DNA of 64,000 bases, from NCBI GenBank assembly GCA_965208105.1, contig OZ242318.1, positions 3,232,001 through 3,296,000 of the forward strand, written 5' to 3'. Of this stretch, positions 30,520 to 40,679 are shown piece by piece (the first letter of the stretch is position 1; each line of letters opens with the position of its first letter). The stretch is from Candidatus Latescibacterota bacterium (lineage in GTDB: Bacteria; Latescibacterota; UBA2968; UBA8231). Below the pieces are notes generated by a model. It made no database searches and had not been told where the DNA came from. It saw only the letters and a list, made by a program, of their open reading frames with translations. The position numbers and the translations under genes are program-made.

Positions 30520-31104
30520 CTATCCGTCTGAAAGGGGCCCTCCGCTCCTCAGCCATTGCAGGGCGATGATCGTCTTGGCGTCGAGGATACGCCCCGCTTC
30601 GAGCATGTCCCATGCCTTTTCGAGGGGAATCTCGACCACTTCGATATCTTCCCCTTCTTCCTCGAGGCCCCCTCCACTTTTGCCGGAAGCCCGAATGCCC
30701 ACCTCGGCGTAGAAGAGGTGGATCCTTTCTGAAGAACCGCCCGGGCTCAGGTAGAAGGAGGAGATGGAATCGAGTTTTTCAGTTGTGTAGCCGGTCTCCT
30801 CCAAAATTTCCCTTCGCATGGCGGCTCGGGGATTTTCGACCGGGCCGAGGACGCCGGCGACGACTTCCAGGATCCAACCTGAGCCGTGCACGTTGGCCGA
30901 ATATCTGAACTGCCGCACCAGGACGACCTCCTCCGTGTCAGGCTTGAAGAGGAGGGCGGCGACCCCGTCCCCCCGGTCGAGGTGGAGTCGGCGCAGGGAC
31001 CTGGTCATCCGGCCGTCGGCTCGTTCGTGGCGGAGGACGACTTCATCTACTTTGAAAAAGTCGTCCAGTATCCGCTTCCGTGACTGAATTTCAACTTTTC
31101 TCAT
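30520..31104 (-). CDS. Nudix hydrolase, ADP-ribose/GDP-mannose pyrophosphatase type (NudF/NudK)
   Basis: LVRQFRY, Nudix box AG...AMRREILEETG, SPGGSSE, DAKTIIAL. Confidence 0.9.
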   Translation of the reverse strand: MRKVEIQSRKRILDDFFKVDEVVLRHERADGRMTRSLRRLHLDRGDGVAALLFKPDTEEVVLVRQFRYSANVHGSGWILEVVAGVLGPVENPRAAMRREILEETGYTTEKLDSISSFYLSPGGSSERIHLFYAEVGIRASGKSGGGLEEEGEDIEVVEIPLEKAWDMLEAGRILDAKTIIALQWLRSGGPLSDG

Positions 31105-31223
31105 GGGTATGTGCACTCTGTGGAATGGTTCGACGGCCGTCGGGAGCGGGGCGCGGGAATGGGTGGCGCAATATTGCCGATCAATCTCTGCGGCGGGACG
31201 CCAGGGCGGAATCCCACTGCTTC

Positions 31224-32468
31224 TTACAGCAAGGCTGTTTCCTGGAACACGCTTCCCACGATCTGGACTTCGGCTTCATCCCCGGCGGGTACTTTCTCTC
31301 CGGGGTTCAGGATGACGATGCCGTTGGTACCCAGCATGGAGCTGAGCATGTGCGATCCCTGTTTCCCGTGAACGGTCGCCCACAGCCGGCCGCTCTCGTA
31401 GCGCAGGCGTGCGCGGAGGTACTCGCGCCGGTTCCCGTCGTTTTGGAGGTCGTGGTCAATTGCGGCCCGAGCGGTGGGTAGAAGCCACTTGTCCTCGGGA
31501 TAGGAAGAGGCCTTGCGGATGGCCGGACGCACGAACTGCAGGAAGGAAATTACGCCGGACACGGGATTGCCCGGCAGGCCGAAATAGGGTTTGTCCTGGA
31601 TGGTACAGAAGAACAGTGGCCTGCCCGGCTTCATGGATACGCGCCAGAGGCCGATTTCGGCCCCCAGATCGTCGAGGACCTTCTTGACATAATCGTGCTC
31701 TCCCACAGAGACGCCCCCGGATGACAGGATGAAGTCTGCGCCCGAGACCGCCTCGATGGCGAGGCGGATATCGGATTCGCTGTCGCGGACGATGGGCACC
31801 ATCCAGGGCAGTGCATGGTGGGTGCGGGCCAACGCCGCAAGAGCATAGGTGTTGCTGTCGACGATCTTGCCAGGCTCCAGGGGCTGACCCAGTTCCACGA
31901 GTTCGTCACCAGTCGAGAGGATGGCCAGGGTGGGCATGCGGAATACCGGCACGGAGGCATACTGCTGGGAAGCGAGGACAGCAAGTTCGCCAGGTCCGCA
32001 TTCGGTCCCTGTTCTGATCAGAGCGGACCCGGTCCGAATGTCTTCGCCGCGGTAGCGGACGTTGGCATTTTCCTCTTCCGACTCCAGGACGAGGACCCGG
32101 GATCCATGGGGGCGGGTGTCCTCTACGCGGACTACCGTGTCGGCTCCGGGGGGCAGCGGGGCCCCGGTCATGATGCGGCTGGTCTGGCCGGGACCCAGGG
32201 TCTTTTCTCCCACGCGCCCGGCCGGGATATTTTCGATCACATCCAGTTCGACGGGTTGGTGGGGCGCCGCCCCCTCTACGTCGGAATAGCGGACGGCGTA
32301 GCCATCCATGGCGGAGTTGTCCAGAGGCGGATTGTCGTAGCGAGCCCGGACGTCCTCGGCGAGAACGCGGCCCATCGCTTCGAGCAGAGGGACGCGTTCC
32401 ACTCCCAATGGCCGGATTCTGTCGAGGATTGTTCGCTGAGCTTCTTCGGGTGTGAGCATTTCGCTCAT
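31224..32468 (-). CDS. moeA: Molybdopterin molybdenumtransferase
   Basis: NSAMDGYA, IMTGAP, STGDEL, SGGVSVG, MKPGRP, GLPGNP. Confidence 0.96.
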   Translation of the reverse strand: MSEMLTPEEAQRTILDRIRPLGVERVPLLEAMGRVLAEDVRARYDNPPLDNSAMDGYAVRYSDVEGAAPHQPVELDVIENIPAGRVGEKTLGPGQTSRIMTGAPLPPGADTVVRVEDTRPHGSRVLVLESEEENANVRYRGEDIRTGSALIRTGTECGPGELAVLASQQYASVPVFRMPTLAILSTGDELVELGQPLEPGKIVDSNTYALAALARTHHALPWMVPIVRDSESDIRLAIEAVSGADFILSSGGVSVGEHDYVKKVLDDLGAEIGLWRVSMKPGRPLFFCTIQDKPYFGLPGNPVSGVISFLQFVRPAIRKASSYPEDKWLLPTARAAIDHDLQNDGNRREYLRARLRYESGRLWATVHGKQGSHMLSSMLGTNGIVILNPGEKVPAGDEAEVQIVGSVFQETALL

Positions 32469-32778
32469 TGGCGGCCGGTTTCTCGGGGGAAGTTCCATCT
32501 GAACGTCAAATATTCTACCGTGAAGATAATCGAGATTTCCGGGGATACAAGGGTGTGCAGGGCAGTCCATTCCGGGACTCGCCGCTGGCTTGATCCGCTG
32601 CCCGGGTTATTATATTATTGGCCGGTGCGGCGCTGATGGCAGGTCCTGGAACAGCGAAAATGCAGGCGGCCAGTTTGGGTTGGATGCCCACCTGGTGGCA
32701 ATGGAGATGCACTCACCTGCGGACATACCCATGCAACTGCCAGTACCGACGGTCATCCGGACGGCCGGGGAATAGATC

Positions 32779-33870
32779 GTGACGGATTTGCAGCCCATAG
32801 TCTTTACGCGGGGGACGCCGACCACCGATGTATTTTCACTGGACCTGGTGAGCGAAAGTTTCCAAAAAGCCATTGAACGATATGGACTGGAAGCTTTGCA
32901 GTACGGCAGCTCCTTTGGATTCCCCCCAATGTGCCGGTGGTTGGCCGACAGATATGGTGTTGATTCGGACCAGGTGTTGACTTCCAACGGCTCCCTGCAG
33001 CTTCTGGACCTGCTTTGCCACCCTTTGACAGGTCCAGGAGATGTCGTCTTTACCGAAGAGCCGACCTATGACCGTGCCCTTGCGCTCTTGCGCCGGCACG
33101 GAACCCGGATCGTGGGAATCCCTCTTGAACCCGACGGTCCCGACCTGGACCTGCTCGAAGCGGCCCTGTCCCGGCATTCACCAAGATTCTTCTATATCAT
33201 TCCCGATTTCCAGAATCCTTCCGGAACGACCTGCTCACAGGAGAAGCGCCGGCGGATAGTCGAGCTGGCGGAGCTCCACGATTTCTGGCTGGTCGAGGAC
33301 ACTCCCTATCGCATGCTGCGCTACCGCGGCCATGATGAACCCACTTTGTTCGAGTTGGCTTCCCATCGGGTTTTGCACCTGAACTCCTTCAGCAAGGTGA
33401 TCGTTCCCGGGACTCGGGTGGGTTTTGCCGTGGGCCCGAAGGAGATGATGGCGCGGATAGCCAGGGTCGCTGAAGACACCTATATAACGCCCGGGATTCT
33501 GGGCCAGGCTCTCGTGTGTGAATTTTGCGAGAATGATTTTCTCGAACCCCAGCTGGAGAGACTGAGGACCGCGTATGTGCCGCGCCTTCAGGCAGCGCTC
33601 GATGGACTTGACAAGCATCTGCCCGAAGCGCGGACGACGCGTCCCGAGGGCGGTTTCTTTTTGTCGCTGGCGCTTCCTCAAGGCATCACCGGCAAGGAGG
33701 TGCGGGCCGCTGCCGCAGCCAAAAACCTGACCCTGGCCGATGGCGAGGCGTTTTTCCCTGGTGGGGGAGGTGAGCATTTTCTACGCCTGCCCTTTTGCGC
33801 GATGACTCCAGAGCAGATCGAGGCGGGGATTTTCCGTCTGGGTGAAGTGGTGGCGGATCTGCAAGGATAA
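32779..33870 (+). CDS. PLP-dependent aminotransferase class I (LysN/MocR-like)
   Basis: PDFQNPSG, VEDTPY, SFSKVIVPGTRVG, PEGGFF. Confidence 0.9.
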   Translation: MTDLQPIVFTRGTPTTDVFSLDLVSESFQKAIERYGLEALQYGSSFGFPPMCRWLADRYGVDSDQVLTSNGSLQLLDLLCHPLTGPGDVVFTEEPTYDRALALLRRHGTRIVGIPLEPDGPDLDLLEAALSRHSPRFFYIIPDFQNPSGTTCSQEKRRRIVELAELHDFWLVEDTPYRMLRYRGHDEPTLFELASHRVLHLNSFSKVIVPGTRVGFAVGPKEMMARIARVAEDTYITPGILGQALVCEFCENDFLEPQLERLRTAYVPRLQAALDGLDKHLPEARTTRPEGGFFLSLALPQGITGKEVRAAAAAKNLTLADGEAFFPGGGGEHFLRLPFCAMTPEQIEAGIFRLGEVVADLQG

Positions 33871-33922
33871 TTTCCGGTCTGCGGTCAGTCCAATTCATCT
33901 ATTTCTCAACAGGAGGAAGATC

Positions 33923-34924
33923 ATGATCCGGTATTCTGGAAAGCTCATATCCGCGCTGATTGCCATGGCCCTGCTCCTTGTGGCAGCACAAGGATTCGCC
34001 CAGACCAGAGAAGCCGGACCCTGGTGGCCGCACCCGGTCTGGGGCGGGGAGGACCAGGCAGGCGGCTCCAACTGGATAACTCCGGCCAAGGTTGTGGAAG
34101 CCGTCAAGCTCGTCGAAAGTGGAAAAATCTACGATATCGGCCAGGTCTACGAGCGTGGGATGCCGCTCTTTGGCGAGCGGACCTATTCCATGTTCATCCC
34201 GGGGGCGCCCACAGGCGGTCCTTTTGGAGAGAACAACATGCTGATGTACAACGACGAGTTTCTCTGCGCCGAGATCGGCCAGGTAGGCACCCAGTTCGAT
34301 GGCCTGGGTCACATTGGAACGCGGATGACGATGGCCGATGGCACGAAGCAGGATGTGTTCTACAATGGCTATACGACGGATGAGATGAAAGGGGCCTATG
34401 GTCTGCAGAAACTGGGGATAGAGCACGTTCGGACTTTCTTCACTCGAGGCATTCTGATCGATATTGCAGGGTACAAGGAGGTGGAGACCCTGGAGCACAG
34501 CTACGAGGTGACTGTGGCCGACGTGGAAGGCGCCCTGGAGAAGCAGGGCATGGCGCAATCCGGTATCAGGGATGGGGACGCTCTTTTCTTCAACTACGGC
34601 TGGTCAAAGTGGTGGACCAATCCTGACAAGTACAACACCAACCCGCCGGGAATCGGCCTGGAGGTGGCAGCCTGGATCGCCGGTAAGAATGCTTCCATGA
34701 TCGGCTCTGATCAGTGGACCACCGAAGTGGTGCCCAACCCCGATCCGAAGAAGGAATTCCCTGTGCACCAGGAATTGATCGTGAAGAACGGCATATTCAA
34801 TCTGGAGAACATGGTTTTCGAAGAACTGGTCGAGGACGGCGTCTACGAGTTTCTGTTCGTGCTCACCCCCATTCGCTTCAAAGGGGCGACAGGTTCTCCG
34901 GGGAGGCCCATAGCGATCCGTTAG
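33923..34924 (+). CDS. Exported cyclase family (KynB-like) metal-dependent hydrolase
   Basis: AGGAGG RBS; signal peptide; WGGEDQAG, GTQFDGLGH, FPVHQ, NLEN, GATGSP. Confidence 0.88.
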   Translation: MIRYSGKLISALIAMALLLVAAQGFAQTREAGPWWPHPVWGGEDQAGGSNWITPAKVVEAVKLVESGKIYDIGQVYERGMPLFGERTYSMFIPGAPTGGPFGENNMLMYNDEFLCAEIGQVGTQFDGLGHIGTRMTMADGTKQDVFYNGYTTDEMKGAYGLQKLGIEHVRTFFTRGILIDIAGYKEVETLEHSYEVTVADVEGALEKQGMAQSGIRDGDALFFNYGWSKWWTNPDKYNTNPPGIGLEVAAWIAGKNASMIGSDQWTTEVVPNPDPKKEFPVHQELIVKNGIFNLENMVFEELVEDGVYEFLFVLTPIRFKGATGSPGRPIAIR

Positions 34925-35088
34925 TGTCCCCTCGCAGAGACAGGTTGACGAAATTGTGCCGCCTAGACGCCAGGCTCAAAAGGCGCCTGAGCGAGTCGTA
35001 GCAGTGGTGTACGGCGAGTGAAGGCAACGCCGTGAGCCGGAATGGATCGGTGGAAAAATGTTGACATATTTCTGCGATGGGACCCTGG
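34921..35088. mobile_element. MITE/REP-like palindromic element, copy 1
   Basis: Imperfect TIR tagtgtcccctcgcagaga ... tttctgcgatgggaccctg; core aaggcgcctgagcgagtcgta...gtgtacggcgag...ggcaacgccg.gagccgg shared with 41886-42052. Confidence 0.7.
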
Positions 35089-35185
35089 TGCGGGGGTTGG
35101 CAGGCAGTTTCTGCAGGACCTTCCTTCCGCGGGAATCGGGACGGCAATCCCGGGTCCGTTTTTCCGTTGCACCAGGGGTCTGGGT

Positions 35186-36067
35186 TCAAAGGGCAAGGGT
35201 AGAAGGGGCGAGGATGATTTCGACCACACCAGTTTGGTGGCCTGGCGAAACGGAAGCCTCCGGTGTGACCTCGAAGTCGTGGCGCACGGCGAGCTGGTTG
35301 GCCAGCGCAAGAAGAAAGCCCGCGATAACCAGCCATTTCAGGCGGCTTCCGTGGCGTCCGCTGACCCCGCGCAGATAGAGATAGCTCGCATAGCTCAACC
35401 AGGTGGGCAAGGCCATCCAGATCTTGGTGTCGCGCGCTCCCAGGTACTCCCCCGGAGCTCCGAATAGCCAGACGACCCCCATTCCCAGTCCCAGAGTAAA
35501 GAGAAAGAAGCCGGCCCCGACGAAGTGATCCGTGGCGCTCGTCGCGGTGTCCAGGGCAGGCAGGTAGCGGTTCAGTCGGCCCTGCTTAAGGGAGCGCGCC
35601 TGAATCAGGTAGCTGACCGCGGCGCAGGAGGCCAGGGCAAATCCCACGTTTCCCAGCAGGGTGACTATCACGTGGATGCCCAGCCAGGGATAGTGGAGGA
35701 GGACGGATTCCGCCTCTGCAAAACGCAGCGGCATCAGCACGGGGTAGAGTAGCCCGAAAAAGGCAAGAGGCGCCGCCAGAAGGCTCAGGTGGCGGAAGGA
35801 TGTATAGTTCTCGACCAGTTGATTTACCACGAGCAGGGCGAGAATCGGCAGCGAAATGACGAAGAGCATATTTGAAAAAGGGGAGCTCGATGACACCAGG
35901 AAGTGGAGCAGCAAGGCAAGGACGTGAATGCCCATGCCGAGTTGCAATGTCTTCCGGCCCCAGAAGTTCCAGCCGTTCTTGCCCAACAGGAAGTGTCCCT
36001 GGAATAACAGGGAAGCGGCCAGGTAGAGAAAAAGAGGCAGGAACAAGATGGCTGTTTGCAATGTCAT
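35186..36067 (-). CDS. Cytochrome c assembly protein family (CcsA/HemX-like)
   Basis: About 8 TMs, WLGIHV, degenerate WWD region (GVVW...DTKIW); directly after hemA. Confidence 0.82.
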   Translation of the reverse strand: MTLQTAILFLPLFLYLAASLLFQGHFLLGKNGWNFWGRKTLQLGMGIHVLALLLHFLVSSSSPFSNMLFVISLPILALLVVNQLVENYTSFRHLSLLAAPLAFFGLLYPVLMPLRFAEAESVLLHYPWLGIHVIVTLLGNVGFALASCAAVSYLIQARSLKQGRLNRYLPALDTATSATDHFVGAGFFLFTLGLGMGVVWLFGAPGEYLGARDTKIWMALPTWLSYASYLYLRGVSGRHGSRLKWLVIAGFLLALANQLAVRHDFEVTPEASVSPGHQTGVVEIILAPSTLAL

Positions 36068-36078
36068 CGCGGAGTCAC

Positions 36079-37365
36079 CTACTTTTCTTCGTTCCCCTCT
36101 TCCGAAGTATCCAGGTTGAAAAGGCGCTGCACCGTGTCCAGTCGGATGTAGCCATCCTCGTCGTTGGCGAATTCACGGATCCTCACCAGGGGATCGTGCA
36201 GCAGCTTGTTGCCGTATCCTCGCAGGATCCCTTCAACTGACCTGAGGTCCTGCTCGGACAGATGGGATAATTTGGCCATCCATCGGTCCAGCTCCACCTG
36301 CCGGAGGACTTCGGCGCGCCGGCGCAACGCCTTTACCAGGGGTCCGGTTCCCAAGGCGTTGAACCACAGGAGGAAGTCGTGAATTTCTTCCCTGATCAGT
36401 TGTTGCACCTTGAGTACTTCCACCTCGCGCTCGCCGCGGTTGGACTCCACTACTTGTTTCAGGTCATCGATGTCGAAGAGAAAGACATTGTCGAGGTCCC
36501 TGACCTGGGGATCGATATCACGCGGAACTGCGATGTCGATGAGGAATAGAGGGCGGCTCCGTCGCAGGCGCATGGTTTGCCGCAGCTGGCTGGCAGGAAT
36601 AACGAAACCTGGAGCAGCGGTCGAGGAGATGACCACATCGACCTCCTGCAGCTTGACTGCCAGGTCGGCAAAGTCCACGGCTTCGCCGTCGATGCACCTG
36701 GCCAGCGATCTTGCCCGCTCAGGGGTGCGATTGGTCACGTAGAGGCGACCGATTCCACTATCGACCAGGTACTGGGCGGTGAGTTCGCCCATCTTGCCCG
36801 CGCCGATGAGCAGAGCACTGCGGCTGTCCAGGGAATCAAAGATCTGGCAGGCAAGTTCCACCGCCGCCGTGCCGACCGACAGGCGGCCGCGGCCGATATC
36901 GGTTTCGGTGCGGGCGCGCTTGCCCACGCGGAGAGAGCGCTGAAAGATTTCGTTCAAGAGGAGACGGGCAGACCCGTTTTTCTGGGCCATTTCCAGAGCG
37001 TCGCGCACTTGCTTGAGGATCTGGGATTCGCCGATGACAAGTGAATCGATGCCGCAAGCTACGCCGAAGAGGTGCTTGACTGCATCTCCGTCGCTGAATT
37101 CGTAGAGGTGGGGTTTGAGTCGGACAGGGTCGACGCCATGAACTTCGGCGAGGAATGCAAAAGCTCCCTCCAGGCTCTTGCCGGTGTCGCACGCTGCATA
37201 TATTTCCCATCGATTGCAGGTGGAGAGGAGAGCGGCTTCGGGCAGACCGCAGCGCTCGGTCAACTGTGACAGAACCTTGCGCTGGAAGGCCGGCGCTGCG
37301 GCGAACCATTCGCGGATTTCTATTGGTGCAGTCCGGTGATTGAGCCCGAGGGTGAGTATGTGCAC
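36079..37365 (-). CDS. hemA: Glutamyl-tRNA reductase
   Basis: GLNHRTAP, LSTCNRWE, GIDSLVIGESQI, IGAGKM, DIAVPRDID. Confidence 0.97.
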   Translation of the reverse strand: MHILTLGLNHRTAPIEIREWFAAAPAFQRKVLSQLTERCGLPEAALLSTCNRWEIYAACDTGKSLEGAFAFLAEVHGVDPVRLKPHLYEFSDGDAVKHLFGVACGIDSLVIGESQILKQVRDALEMAQKNGSARLLLNEIFQRSLRVGKRARTETDIGRGRLSVGTAAVELACQIFDSLDSRSALLIGAGKMGELTAQYLVDSGIGRLYVTNRTPERARSLARCIDGEAVDFADLAVKLQEVDVVISSTAAPGFVIPASQLRQTMRLRRSRPLFLIDIAVPRDIDPQVRDLDNVFLFDIDDLKQVVESNRGEREVEVLKVQQLIREEIHDFLLWFNALGTGPLVKALRRRAEVLRQVELDRWMAKLSHLSEQDLRSVEGILRGYGNKLLHDPLVRIREFANDEDGYIRLDTVQRLFNLDTSEEGNEEK

Positions 37366-37440
37366 GGCAAGGTCGACGTCGGGGATTGAGTCATGCGAAA
37401 TGTGGATTCTAAAGGTAGTAAAATGTGGTGGGAATACCAG

Positions 37441-38883
37441 TTAGGAAGGATTGCCGGAATGAGAACCGGTTGCCTGGCAGGGAGGTTTGCCCAAATCTCC
37501 GGCTATGCGGTCGCCAAGTGCCCGGGAGTGCTCGATGCAGTTGGGGACCGAGATGCCGCCGCGGAAGTTCCCCCCAAAGTATAGTCGGGGGTGCCTGGCT
37601 TCGAAGGCATCGAGGGAAGTCGTGAATTGCTGGTATCCTGGTCGGTACTGGGGGATGGCTCTGGACCAGCGAACTACCTGGACTTCGTCCGGCGAGGCCT
37701 GGATGCCCAACAGAAATTCCAGTTCCTTCCGCACCATGTCTATGAGAGGGCCATCCGGCAGCGTTGCGTTTTCGGGTTGTCGAACACCTCCCACGAAGGT
37801 CGTAAGGGCGGCGCCTCCCTCCGGCGCACGTCCGGGGAACAGCGTGGAGTTCCAGATGGTGCCCAGAATCTGGCGTTGCTCGCACTGTGGAACGAGGAAG
37901 CCGAAACCGTCCAGGGGCCGGCCACCCGGATGGTCCTTATAGCCGCAGAAAACTACGGCAACCGGCGGGTAGTGGACCTGTTCGAGGGCGCTTCCGATGG
38001 GAAAGTCGAAAGGGAACTCCAGGTGTGCGTAGGCATGTGCGGGGATGGTGAAGGCAAGGGAACGGGTATGGAGCTGCATTGCTGCATTCCCCGAGTGCAG
38101 ATCGAGCAGGTATCCCCCGTCCATTGGTTGCACGGACTTCAAATTCGCTCCGGTATGAATGGCATCGCCGAGCCTTTCTTCCAGGGCGTCGATTAATGTC
38201 TGCAGGCCTTCTCGAAAGGAGAAGAGGCGTGCTCTTCGCATGGAAGCCGCGCCCCGCCGGTGGCGTTTGAAGGCGGCGAGTATTGCTCCCTTGAGGATGC
38301 TTCCGTGTTTCTGTTCCAGGAAATACAGCCAGGGGAAGGCGCTTCTGGCACTTAATTCCTCCGGGACTCCGGCGTAAACCCCTGCCACGAAGGGATTGAC
38401 TCCGTAGTCGAGGAACTCGCGTCCAAGGCGCCGCTCGACAAACGCTGCCAGGGTCTCCTCGGCATCTTTGGGGGCCGGTCTTGCGAAAGGTTCCCTCAGC
38501 AGGCGGGCTTTGGCGCGCGCCGAGAAGAGCTTGCTGGAGACCAGCCCGGGGAGGCTCGTGGGCAGGGGGTGCAGGGCACCACCGCGGACTATATAGCGGA
38601 ACCTGGCTTCTGAACTGGCGAATAGCCTGGACGACTCGATTCGGAGGTCGGTGAAAAGTCGGTGCAGCAGCGGGGAGGATTCGAGCAGGGCGCTGGGACC
38701 GTGTTCTATCAGGAAGCCATTGGCCCGGGTGGTGCGGATGGCGCCGCCAACCCTTTCGCCGCGTTCGATTACGCGAACATTCAGACCCTTGCCGGCCAGG
38801 TAGTAGGCGAGTGCCAGTCCGGAAATGCCCGCGCCGATTACGGCCACATCCGTCCTCCGACACCCGAGCCCGGGGTCACCCAT
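37441..38883 (-). CDS. hemY: Protoporphyrinogen/coproporphyrinogen oxidase (HemY type)
   Basis: VIGAGISGL, EHGP, GVYAG, GFGFLVP, WSRAIPQY. Confidence 0.93.
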   Translation of the reverse strand: MGDPGLGCRRTDVAVIGAGISGLALAYYLAGKGLNVRVIERGERVGGAIRTTRANGFLIEHGPSALLESSPLLHRLFTDLRIESSRLFASSEARFRYIVRGGALHPLPTSLPGLVSSKLFSARAKARLLREPFARPAPKDAEETLAAFVERRLGREFLDYGVNPFVAGVYAGVPEELSARSAFPWLYFLEQKHGSILKGAILAAFKRHRRGAASMRRARLFSFREGLQTLIDALEERLGDAIHTGANLKSVQPMDGGYLLDLHSGNAAMQLHTRSLAFTIPAHAYAHLEFPFDFPIGSALEQVHYPPVAVVFCGYKDHPGGRPLDGFGFLVPQCEQRQILGTIWNSTLFPGRAPEGGAALTTFVGGVRQPENATLPDGPLIDMVRKELEFLLGIQASPDEVQVVRWSRAIPQYRPGYQQFTTSLDAFEARHPRLYFGGNFRGGISVPNCIEHSRALGDRIAGDLGKPPCQATGSHSGNPS

Positions 38884-40000
38884 CTTTCCTTTTTCCAGCC
38901 GGCGGCAGGAGGGTGAGGCATTCCCGTCGCAGAGAGAGGAGGATCTTTTCTCCTGGATCGAGGGATAGGGGTATGTAGGCGTGGCGCGAAAACCGCACTT
39001 CCACTTCGTGACCGTTTTTCAGGCGCACCTGGAGGCTCTCAAAGTTGGCGTTGCGGGACCGGGAGGTGATGTTTCCCTCGACCTGATTGTGGCTGACCGC
39101 GTCCATCAGCGGCCGGTCCGGGTATATGATCTTGATATCTTCCGGTTGAATGTAGACCGTCACCTCCACATTCCCCGGGAGAGGTTGGACCGGGGCGTGC
39201 AGTCCGAGTCCGTCCCAATCCAGTACCAGGCCTGCTTCTCTTGCCGCGACGACCCGGGCGCGAAAGAGGTTCCTGATGCCCATGACCTCGGCCACTTGAT
39301 GGTCGGCGGGGTAGCGGAAGACCTCGTCCACCGGGCCGATCTGGCGGATGCGGCCTTCCTGCAACACGGCGAGGCGGTTCCCCATGGCGAATGCGTCGTC
39401 CAGGTTGTGGGTTACGTAGATTACAACCAGGCGCAGTTCCCGCTGCAGTTGACCCAGCTCCTGCTGGAAGCGCTGCCGCAGGGCGAGGTCCAGGGCGGAA
39501 AATGGTTCATCGAGCAGGAGTATCCGGGGTTCGATGGCCAGGGCCCGGGCAATGGCCACGCGCTGCCGCTGGCCGCCGGACAGTTCGTGGGGGCGGTGTC
39601 CTGCCAGGTGAGCCAGGCCCATCCTGTCCAGAAGCTCACGGGCGCGCTGATGGCGGTTTTTCCCCCCCGTTCGGGGATAGGCTACGTTCTCCAGGGCCGT
39701 CATGTGGGGAAAGAGGGAGTAGTGTTGGAATACGTAGCCTATGCGGCGGCGGCGCGGTGGCAAATTGCAGCTAGGACCGTCGCGATGGCGGCGAAAGAAG
39801 AGTTCGCGGTCGAGGCTGATTTCGCCGGCGTCCGGATGGTTGAGGCCGGCGATTGCGTTGAGGGTGGTGCTCTTGCCAGCCCCCGATGGGCCATAGAGAA
39901 CGAGGACCTCAGTGGCCGCCTCGAACCGGACATTCAGGGAAAATCCACCCAGGCGTTTTTCGATATCGATATTGAGGCGGTTGCGATCTTTGTCATGCAT
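38876..40000 (-). CDS. modC: Molybdate ABC transporter ATP-binding protein
   Basis: GPSGAGKS, LSGGQRQRVA, LLLDEPFSALD, C-terminal TOBE-like region; operon with modAB. Confidence 0.9.
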   Translation of the reverse strand: MHDKDRNRLNIDIEKRLGGFSLNVRFEAATEVLVLYGPSGAGKSTTLNAIAGLNHPDAGEISLDRELFFRRHRDGPSCNLPPRRRRIGYVFQHYSLFPHMTALENVAYPRTGGKNRHQRARELLDRMGLAHLAGHRPHELSGGQRQRVAIARALAIEPRILLLDEPFSALDLALRQRFQQELGQLQRELRLVVIYVTHNLDDAFAMGNRLAVLQEGRIRQIGPVDEVFRYPADHQVAEVMGIRNLFRARVVAAREAGLVLDWDGLGLHAPVQPLPGNVEVTVYIQPEDIKIIYPDRPLMDAVSHNQVEGNITSRSRNANFESLQVRLKNGHEVEVRFSRHAYIPLSLDPGEKILLSLRRECLTLLPPAGKRKDG

Positions 40001-40679
40001 GGGTCCGCTCTTCGGCCGCTGGAACGGCCGCTTCAGCACGCCGGAAGGGTTCCAGACGGCGAACGCACCACAAACTCATAAAACCCAGGACTGTCATCAA
40101 TAGGACCATCTGGTGAGCCAGACCGTATTGGCTGTCCTGTACGGCATCGTAGATTGCAAGGGGCAAAGTCTGGGTCTTGCCTGGAATGTTTGCGGCGACC
40201 ATCAGTGTGGCGCCGAACTCTCCGAGGGCGCGGGTGGAGCCCAGGACCAGGCCCGCCAGGATTCCTCTCCGGCTCAGGGGAAGGGTGATGCGCCACATCA
40301 CCTCGAGCTCGGTGGAACCCAGGGTGCGCGCTGCATGCTCGAGGTCGGGATCGACGTTGGCGATGGCCGACCGCGCGGCCTGGAACATCAATGGAAGGCC
40401 AACCACGGTGGAGGCGATCACCGCCGCCGGCCAGGTAAAGAGCAGGTTCCAGCCGAACAAATGGGCGAAGGGACCGTCCCTCCCCAGAAGTATGAGGAGG
40501 TAGAAGCCCACCACGCTGGGCGGCAGAACCAGGGGCAGATGGATTGCCGTCTCCAATATTGTCTGACCGCGGAATTGATGGCGGGCGAAGAATATGGCCA
40601 GGACCAGGCCGATGGCGAAGATCAGCAGCGTGGCTGCCGAGGTTACCTTCAACGAAAGGAGGAGAGGGTGCCAGCTCAT
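39993..40679 (-). CDS. modB: Molybdate ABC transporter permease
   Basis: LPLVLPPSVVG, RALGEFGAT, NIPGKTQTLPLAIY. Confidence 0.95.
   Translation of the reverse strand: MSWHPLLLSLKVTSAATLLIFAIGLVLAIFFARHQFRGQTILETAIHLPLVLPPSVVGFYLLILLGRDGPFAHLFGWNLLFTWPAAVIASTVVGLPLMFQAARSAIANVDPDLEHAARTLGSTELEVMWRITLPLSRRGILAGLVLGSTRALGEFGATLMVAANIPGKTQTLPLAIYDAVQDSQYGLAHQMVLLMTVLGFMSLWCVRRLEPFRRAEAAVPAAEERTHA

Noticed and set aside
32570-32778. Possible riboswitch in the leader of the aminotransferase
   Set aside because: Long leader, but no known aptamer consensus or clear terminator recognised
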